This document shows, piece by piece, positions 26,026 through 32,000 of a stretch of DNA of 32,000 bases (the first letter of the stretch is position 1; every line of letters begins with the position of its first letter). Origin of the DNA: Cyclobacterium lianum (GTDB lineage Bacteria > Bacteroidota > Bacteroidia > Cytophagales > Cyclobacteriaceae); NCBI RefSeq assembly GCF_900143075.1, contig NZ_FRCY01000001.1:389894-421893 (forward strand). The letters run 5' to 3'. The notes under the pieces were generated by a model. The model saw only the letters and a program-made list of their open reading frames with translations. It ran no database searches and had not been told where the DNA came from. Position numbers and translations under genes: made by a program.

Positions 26026-27246
26026 TCAGGTACTTTTACCAAAACGACTGAACCTGTGCAGATTATAATACAGGAAATTCGTACGAAGGATTATGATCAG
26101 CAGCAAGGGGAGAATGCTGGGATGAAAGGACTGGAAACCCAATATCCAGATGACCAGTGCCAGGTCGGCGAGGATCATTGACGCAAGTAAAAGTTTTCTG
26201 ATCCCTCTACTTTGGGGACGGATGGCCAGTTTGGCAGCCAGGTAGAGGTGTAGCGGAAACGCCCAGAAAAGATTCCAGTTATTTTTGGTTTGGGAATGTT
26301 CGGTGAAAAACCACAAAAAGCAAAGCAATAGGCCCAGCAGGCCCAGCACGGTAAAAAGGCCGATGTCCAGTCCCAGGAAAAGCCGCTGCTTTCTATATCC
26401 TAAGAAAGTGAGTAGTCCGGCCAGAATGGCCAGGGCCCAGAAAACAAAATAAGGGTTCACCAGGCTAAAACTACCCCGCTCCCCATCCGGAAAATCGTAA
26501 ATAGCATTGTTTTGACTCACCAATGGGCGTTCCGGTCCGTCTCCTATAATACTTGCACTTTGGAAGGCTGCCTCCAGGTAATCTGGCAAAAACATTTTCT
26601 CTTTTTCATTGGCAGCCCGGTCTATTACAGCTCCCAGGGCAAGATCAATGCCCAGGTCTGACCAGGGAAGCGGGTACACATACTCATCGATCAGGTTGCG
26701 AAAGCTTTTCTCTTCCTCCGGCTGAGGGAGGTTCCACTTCAGTGAATTTCCCAGTACCGATTCCATCATTTCTCTTATTCTTGTAGAACAATTGTCAAAG
26801 AAGAAATCGTAGCGGTATTTTCGGTTTTCGGGTCTGTAATTTTTCTGCAAAAAAGCCACCACAGCCCTGGCCTGTACATCTGAGAGATTCAACTCCTGCT
26901 CCCTTACACTTCTTCTGAAATAATTGTATTCGTACAGAAAATTCTCAGTTGTGGTGAGAGACAATTGGTAATCCAGTGTCCGGCGAATGAACTTGACATA
27001 GAAAAAGGGTGTGTTGAAATCAAAAGTACCATAATTGAATACCAGGTCGCGACCGGTCTCCAGCTCGCGCACACGTATTGCACTGTGACCAAAGGTAGCG
27101 TACAATTCCTCCCCCGGATCGCAGGTAAGCAGGCTGATCTTATATTGCTGTGCCTGGCCTGGCGATGGGCTATGTAACAAAAAGAAGAGGATTCCCCACA
27201 ACAGACAGGATTTGAACTCAGGAAAGGAAAAAGCGAAGCGTTGCAT
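26026..27246 (-). CDS. DUF4105-domain membrane protein (Lnb-like architecture)
   Basis: Signal sequence, then a periplasmic domain with 'LLTCDPGEELYATFGHSAIRV' and 'YDFFFDNCSTRI' (DUF4105 hallmarks as I recall them), followed by about 5 C-terminal TM segments. Confidence 0.7.
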   Translation of the reverse strand: MQRFAFSFPEFKSCLLWGILFFLLHSPSPGQAQQYKISLLTCDPGEELYATFGHSAIRVRELETGRDLVFNYGTFDFNTPFFYVKFIRRTLDYQLSLTTTENFLYEYNYFRRSVREQELNLSDVQARAVVAFLQKNYRPENRKYRYDFFFDNCSTRIREMMESVLGNSLKWNLPQPEEEKSFRNLIDEYVYPLPWSDLGIDLALGAVIDRAANEKEKMFLPDYLEAAFQSASIIGDGPERPLVSQNNAIYDFPDGERGSFSLVNPYFVFWALAILAGLLTFLGYRKQRLFLGLDIGLFTVLGLLGLLLCFLWFFTEHSQTKNNWNLFWAFPLHLYLAAKLAIRPQSRGIRKLLLASMILADLALVIWILGFQSFHPSILPLLLIIILRTNFLYYNLHRFSRFGKST

Positions 27247-27280
27247 AGGAGTTGATCAGGTAAAATCAATTAGACAAGGA

Positions 27281-27288
27281 CAAATTTA
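27281..27288 (-). promoter_or_regulatory. Candidate -7 promoter box (TAAATTTG on minus strand) for the DUF4105 gene
   Basis: Plus-strand CAAATTTA is minus-strand TAAATTTG, matching TAnnTTTG, and lies 35 nt upstream of the ATG at 27246. Confidence 0.35.
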
Positions 27289-27293
27289 CTGGT

Positions 27294-27342
27294 TTAATTC
27301 AGTTTTCCGTAGGGGATGTGTTAATTCGTAGGGGCCAGTGTT
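27294..27342. repeat. Tandem imperfect direct repeat TTAATTC..CGTAGGGG..GTGTT (two units)
   Basis: Unit 1 is ttaattcagttttcCGTAGGGGatGTGTT (27294..27322). Unit 2 is ttaattCGTAGGGGccaGTGTT (27321..27342). The CGTAGGGG cores are 19 bp apart, and the repeat lies in the divergent intergenic region. Confidence 0.6.
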
Positions 27343-27458
27343 GGTAGCAAAAATTTTGTTTGAAATAATTAAAAATGATGTTTATATAAAAATATACGAT
27401 TTACATCCTTTGATTTTATTTGGGTAATGTTTATTTTTATTACCTATTCATTTTTATT

Positions 27459-29798
27459 ATGGATATTTTTTATAAAGAAAGGACCCTCAAAACTGTACAT
27501 GGACTGTTGATCGTCAGGATTGCAGTGCTGTTTGGCCTGCTGTTCGTCATTGGATTTACTGCATATGCGCAGATTCCGTTGTCCACTTTCAGCTATCGGT
27601 CTGCCTTGCCTGAGGGAGGCCAGGGTGACTGGGACGACCCGGCGAGCTGGCAGGTATATGACGGTACAGCCTGGACAGCTGCTAGCCTGCCTCCAAATCG
27701 GGATAATGATGTTTTCATCATTAAAGGCAATGAAATCAGACTGACGGGTAATGAAGAAGTAAATAATCTTTATTTATTTGGTGCAGCCGATGCGGGGAAA
27801 AAGTTGAATCTGCAAACTTTTGATCTGGATGTCTATGGAGGCCTTCACAGTTTTCATGTGGTTGGGGCTGATTACAACTTGTTTGATAGTGCCTGGTTGG
27901 GTGATGACTGGATTTATCCAGAGGAAGGAAGGATCGTTTTCAGAGGCAACTCAAGAATTGTAGTTGATAGAAACTCCTGGAGCGGACAAAATCTTGCCAG
28001 CAGGTATACCGTGGTATTTTATCCAAATCCGGATCAGGAACTGGTTGTAAATGCTGTTTTTAAAGCAAGTAACTTTTTAATACAGAGCGGGACGGTCCGG
28101 CAAACGGTAAATTATAATGGCTCACCTGCCTCGTCTACTTTTTCATTTACAACAGACGATGTTTTCGGTACAGAAGATTTTGGAGAATTTCGTATTGCGC
28201 CGGGAGCTACACTCATTTCAGAGACGACCCGTGAATTTAACCAAATACTTAGAAGATCAGACACCAAACCCGCAAGCTCCTTTATTCTGGAAGAAGGCGC
28301 GAACCTGGTGCTGCAGGGAGAGGAACCCATCATCGATGCGGTCAATGTGGTACTGGATGGCAATGTTTTCTATGCCGCAGACGGGGCCACACAGGGATTT
28401 TTAAAAGCCTCTATGGCTGAGTCCCAATCAGATTTCCTATACCAAAACCTCTATTTCCAGGGGCTGGCTACCAAAGTTCTTCCGGACGAGCTCTCGGTAC
28501 AGGGTGATATGGTATATGTCTCAGGTGGGCAGGTCACTGGATTTGACACCGAATTGCAACTGACCGGAAATGTGGACCAGGAGTTGAACATACCCGGACT
28601 GGAATTGTCGGGACTGTTGTTGGATAAATTATCCGGGACCGTGAATTTAAGACATAGATTAACGATTTTTGAAACCTTCAATCAGGTAGCGGGTACAATA
28701 AATTTCCATGATCAGGACCTGACCCTGGAATTCGGATCCACGGGTATTTACAGCTACTCAGGAGGAAAATGGCTCAATCTGGGGAAATTGTATTACGAAA
28801 ATCTGCCCCTGATTCTGGATGATTCAAATGCCACCTTTCCCATATACGATACGGTTTTTGATGCGCCCAGACATTTGGTGTTGGAAGGAAATTTGTCTGG
28901 TTCGGCGCAGGCAATTGAAATCAGCTATATTGAAGCTCCCGGCCTTACTTACGATCCGGAATTTTCGGATCATGGGGAGGTGGTCGTTTATCACCTGAAC
29001 AGCTTTTTTGAGTTGAATACGGTTGGTACTGCTACCAATGAGATAAGTGCCTGGATACTGGCGGAGGATTTGGCGGTGCAGGACATCGACCATTTGCGTA
29101 TAGTAGGGGCAGGTGAGCAGGCTATAGGTGATCACGTGTCCGCATCACTCAGGGATGGCATGCTTTGGGCAGGCAGGCTATTTGAATTTGATGAGGCTCA
29201 GACTAGTTTTCTTACAATCGGAAGCATTAGCGAATTAAGCGTATTACCGGTTGAATGGTTGGACTTCGAGGCTATTTTGATAGGAGACCGGGTTCGACTT
29301 ACCTGGAAGAGTACATCCGAAAATCTGATTGAATACACCGTTTCGCGAAGCGACGGTGAGAAACCTGAATTTTTTCCCATCGGTACATTCCAGGAGGAAA
29401 GGAATGGCATTACGATCACCTTCGAGGATCGTTTTTTCCCCATAGATAAACCATTTTGGTACTATCAGGTGTCGGCCATGGAAGATCAGTCGGAAATCAG
29501 CTATAGTCCTGTAATCAGGGTTTCCAACCCGTTTTATGCCCGGCAAAATCCCTCCATTTTTCCAAATCCCTACCAGTCCGGTGACATCAACCTTCAGTTG
29601 GGGGATATGCAGGACATTAGGACGGTACAGGTGTGGAGCATGAAAGGAGTCGATTACCAAACATTGTTTTTCAAAGAGGAATTCGATTCCCCGATGGTAG
29701 AAATGTACTTGAAGGAGCTTCCCCCGGGCACCTACCTGATTCAGCTCCGCAGCCTGGGGGAAATTCATACCATCAAATGGCAGAAGGGATCCCCGTAA
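27459..29798 (+). CDS. Large secreted protein with a T9SS C-terminal sorting domain (function unknown)
   Basis: The ATG at 27459 gives the signal peptide '...LLIVRIAVLFGLLFVIGFTAYAQ'. The last ~80 aa ('SIFPNPYQSGDINLQL...GTYLIQLRSLGEIHTIKWQK') match the type-A Por/T9SS sorting domain pattern. This is preceded by an Ig-like module 'VEWLDFEAILIGDRVRLTWKSTSENLIEYTVSRSDGEKPEFFPIG'. Confidence 0.8.
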   Translation: MDIFYKERTLKTVHGLLIVRIAVLFGLLFVIGFTAYAQIPLSTFSYRSALPEGGQGDWDDPASWQVYDGTAWTAASLPPNRDNDVFIIKGNEIRLTGNEEVNNLYLFGAADAGKKLNLQTFDLDVYGGLHSFHVVGADYNLFDSAWLGDDWIYPEEGRIVFRGNSRIVVDRNSWSGQNLASRYTVVFYPNPDQELVVNAVFKASNFLIQSGTVRQTVNYNGSPASSTFSFTTDDVFGTEDFGEFRIAPGATLISETTREFNQILRRSDTKPASSFILEEGANLVLQGEEPIIDAVNVVLDGNVFYAADGATQGFLKASMAESQSDFLYQNLYFQGLATKVLPDELSVQGDMVYVSGGQVTGFDTELQLTGNVDQELNIPGLELSGLLLDKLSGTVNLRHRLTIFETFNQVAGTINFHDQDLTLEFGSTGIYSYSGGKWLNLGKLYYENLPLILDDSNATFPIYDTVFDAPRHLVLEGNLSGSAQAIEISYIEAPGLTYDPEFSDHGEVVVYHLNSFFELNTVGTATNEISAWILAEDLAVQDIDHLRIVGAGEQAIGDHVSASLRDGMLWAGRLFEFDEAQTSFLTIGSISELSVLPVEWLDFEAILIGDRVRLTWKSTSENLIEYTVSRSDGEKPEFFPIGTFQEERNGITITFEDRFFPIDKPFWYYQVSAMEDQSEISYSPVIRVSNPFYARQNPSIFPNPYQSGDINLQLGDMQDIRTVQVWSMKGVDYQTLFFKEEFDSPMVEMYLKELPPGTYLIQLRSLGEIHTIKWQKGSP

Positions 29799-29874
29799 AA
29801 TAACTGCCAGGTTTTTACTGGTCGAGTAGGCATTTAGCGGATTATGCTGTAATTTTTGATTTCATTTGAAATTC

Positions 29875-31197
29875 ATGATGACTTTTGTTGTTGTTGCCTT
29901 CAGTATTCTTTTGCTGGTTTTGATGATCATCTGGGTAAAGGTAGAACCATTTATTGCCTTTTTGATTGCATCTATCCTGACCGGATTGTTTTTAGGGATT
30001 CCCCTGGAGAACATCGCCAGCTCTGTTCAGGAGGGCATAGGTAGTTTGATGGGAGCGCTGGTAATCGTCATTACGCTGGGGGCCATGTTGGGAAAAATCG
30101 TAGCCGATAGCGGTGCGGCGCAGCGGATAGCCACTTTCCTCATGGGCCGGTTTGGAGAGCATCGCGTGCACTGGGCCATTGCAATTACCGCTTTTATTGT
30201 GGGCATACCCCTGTTTTTTAATGTGGGCTTTGTTTTACTTGTGCCTCTCGTTTTTTCGGTTTCCTATCAATACAAAATTCCGGCTATGGCCGTCGGCATT
30301 CCAATGTTGGCAGCACTTTCTGTCACCCATGGTTTGCTTCCACCCCATCCGGGACCGATAGCTTTGGTGGCGCAGTTTGATGCAGATATGGGTGCCACGC
30401 TGGTATATGGCCTTATTTTGGCGATTCCTATGGTTGTGCTGGCAGGCCCCATACTGGGGAAGTGGCCTTTTTTTCAAACCATGAAAATAAAGCCACTGGA
30501 GGTTTTCAGTGCCAAACCGCTGCCGGAGGAGGCGCTTCCCGGCTTAGCGAACAGTTTATTTACGGCTTTGCTCCCCGTATTTTTGCTCATTGCCCTGTCT
30601 CTGGTCAAGCTACAGTTGGGGGAAGATAGTTCCGGATTTGGTTTTCTGGTCTTTATCTCGGACCCTAATGTGGTCATGTTGATTTCCCTGATATGGGCTA
30701 CACTTAGCCTGGGACTCACCAGAGGAGTTAAGATCCAGCAGATCATGGAGGGATATGCAGGGGCTGTGAAGGATATTGCCCTGATACTATTGATCATTGC
30801 AGGTGCCGGAGCCTACAAAGAAATTTTGGTGGACAGCGGGGTCAGTGCTCAGATTGGCACGGCGCTGGAGAAGCTACCGGTAAATCCCCTGTTATTGGGC
30901 TGGTTGATTGCAGCGGTAATCCGCATTTCCGTGGGTTCGGCCACCGTGGCTGCCCTTACCGCTGCAGGCATCATTGCCCCGCTGGTAATGGCCGGAGGGT
31001 CCGACCCCAATTTGATGGTGCTGGCCATAGGAAGTGGCAGCCTGATATTTTCCCATGTCAATGATGGGGGATTCTGGCTGGTAAAGGAATATTTTAACCT
31101 GAGTATCAAACAAACTTTTCTATCCTGGACGCTGCTTGAAACGGTCGTGGCCTTTCTTGGATTGGCGGGGGTTTTGATACTAGATTTGTTTGTATAA
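29875..31197 (+). CDS. GntP-family permease (gluconate:H+ symporter family)
   Basis: Polytopic, with a GntP-type N-terminus 'PFIAFLIASILTGLFLGIPLENIASSVQEGIGSLMGALVIVITLGAMLGKIVADSGAAQRIA' and 'SHVNDGGFWLVKEYF' near the C-terminus. The ATG at 29875 is preferred over the TTG at 29866. Confidence 0.9.
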   Translation: MMTFVVVAFSILLLVLMIIWVKVEPFIAFLIASILTGLFLGIPLENIASSVQEGIGSLMGALVIVITLGAMLGKIVADSGAAQRIATFLMGRFGEHRVHWAIAITAFIVGIPLFFNVGFVLLVPLVFSVSYQYKIPAMAVGIPMLAALSVTHGLLPPHPGPIALVAQFDADMGATLVYGLILAIPMVVLAGPILGKWPFFQTMKIKPLEVFSAKPLPEEALPGLANSLFTALLPVFLLIALSLVKLQLGEDSSGFGFLVFISDPNVVMLISLIWATLSLGLTRGVKIQQIMEGYAGAVKDIALILLIIAGAGAYKEILVDSGVSAQIGTALEKLPVNPLLLGWLIAAVIRISVGSATVAALTAAGIIAPLVMAGGSDPNLMVLAIGSGSLIFSHVNDGGFWLVKEYFNLSIKQTFLSWTLLETVVAFLGLAGVLILDLFV

Positions 31198-31217
31198 TGA
31201 AAGAATAACCAAAACAA

Positions 31218-31691
31218 ATGGAAAACATGTCAGCAGAAGGAAAATTAAAAGAATTGGGTCTGGTATTGCCGCCAGCCCCGCCTCCCGGTGGAGTCTACCG
31301 CCCCATAGTCATCACGGGCAATTTATTGTACTTGTCCGGTCATGGACCCGTGCGTGAAGACGGCAGCCTTATCAAAGGAAAAGTCGGGATAGATTTGGAT
31401 AAGGAACAGGGAAAAGATGCCGCCAGACAGGTTGGCCTTACGATGCTTTCTACACTGCAGACCCAACTGGGAAGCATCAATAAGGTCAAGCGGGTGATCA
31501 AGGTCTTGGGAATGGTGAATAGTAGCCTGGACTTTGAAGACCATCCCTATGTGATCAACGGCTGTTCGGAGTTGTTCAGAGACATTTGGGGAGAGGAAAA
31601 CGGTATTGGATCCAGAAGCGCTGTGGGTTTCGGTTCCCTGCCTGGAAAAATTGCTGTTGAAATCGAAGCTACCTTTGAATTGAATCAATAA
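31218..31691 (+). CDS. RidA/YjgF-family protein (reactive enamine/imine deaminase family)
   Basis: 'LYLSGHGP', 'VKVLGMVN' and 'SRSAVGFGSLPGKIAVEIEATFEL' are typical of the YjgF/RidA fold. Confidence 0.9.
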   Translation: MENMSAEGKLKELGLVLPPAPPPGGVYRPIVITGNLLYLSGHGPVREDGSLIKGKVGIDLDKEQGKDAARQVGLTMLSTLQTQLGSINKVKRVIKVLGMVNSSLDFEDHPYVINGCSELFRDIWGEENGIGSRSAVGFGSLPGKIAVEIEATFELNQ

Positions 31692-32000
31692 TGAATATGG
31701 AGGAAAAATGGTATGCCCTGCACGATCCGGATAGCGTAGATAGCCCGGCACTTTTGGTATATCCGGACAGGGCCCGGGAAAACATCAGGCGGGCGATAGA
31801 GGTGGTTGGGTCTCCGGATCGTCTCCGGCCCCATGTAAAAACTAACAAATCCATTGAGGCCTGCCGTATGATGATGGATGCCGGTATAAAAGCCTTTAAA
31901 GGTGCCACCATAGCTGAAATAGAGATGTTGACCCGGGCCGGGGCTGAGGATATCTTATTGGCCTATCAACCGCTGGGTCCAAAAATCGACCGCTTTCTCA
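31691..32000 (+). CDS. D-TA / D-serine-dehydratase-like (DSD1-type, alanine-racemase-fold) PLP enzyme, N-terminal part (3' end outside window)
   Basis: Absent from the ORF track because no stop occurs before the window end. My own translation is MNMEEKWYALHDPDSVDSPALLVYPDRARENIRRAIEVVGSPDRLRPHVKTNKSIEACRMMMDAGIKAFKGATIAEIEMLTRAGAEDILLAYQPLGPKIDRFL. 'DSPALLV' and the PLP-lysine motif 'RPHVKT.K' fit fold-type III D-threonine aldolase / D-serine dehydratase-like enzymes. The ATG overlaps the RidA stop (TAATG). Confidence 0.8.
   Translation, partial: MNMEEKWYALHDPDSVDSPALLVYPDRARENIRRAIEVVGSPDRLRPHVKTNKSIEACRMMMDAGIKAFKGATIAEIEMLTRAGAEDILLAYQPLGPKIDRFL

Noticed and set aside
1-32000. Window-wide search by eye for CRISPR repeats, IS elements or inverted terminal repeats, integrases, and rRNA or tRNA genes
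   Set aside because: I saw no regularly spaced repeats, no transposase or integrase-like ORF in any frame of the track, and no RNA gene signatures. A computational repeat search could still find short or diverged repeats that I missed.

Overview
This looks like a Bacteroidota chromosomal segment, and it is mostly housekeeping. Supporting signs are a T9SS C-terminal sorting domain, many lipoproteins, TAnnTTTG-type promoter boxes, and the panC / glycogen-synthase-like / DUF4270 gene arrangement. Left to right: the 3' part of a TonB-dependent receptor plus a tandem-fasciclin lipoprotein; a tripartite RND efflux operon (adaptor, pump, TolC-like); an MltF-like lytic transglycosylase; a CrtI/CrtD-family desaturase; a roughly 3.3-kb block (two small membrane proteins, a GGGPS/PcrB-family prenyltransferase, an AraC regulator) bounded by two decayed gene relics absent from the ORF track (a DsbA/FrnE-like N-terminal relic and an acyl-CoA dehydrogenase C-terminal relic); a panC-panD-UPF0104-Zn-peptidase string; a half-size glycogen-synthase-like gene plus a DUF4270 lipoprotein; prmA; tpiA; recX; uvrB followed by a small beta-barrel protein and an AlbA_2 protein; a DUF4105 (Lnb-like) membrane protein; a 780-aa T9SS cargo protein; and a GntP permease / RidA / fold-type-III PLP enzyme cluster cut by the window end. 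I see no rRNA, tRNA, CRISPR array, transposase, integrase or recognisable defence-system hallmark. Nothing here is a clear-cut new system. The best second-look candidates are the relic-bounded GGGPS cassette, the translationally coupled panD/UPF0104 pair, the uvrB/beta-barrel/AlbA_2 string and the DsdX-like/RidA/DSD1-like cluster. All family assignments come from reading motifs by eye, not from searches.
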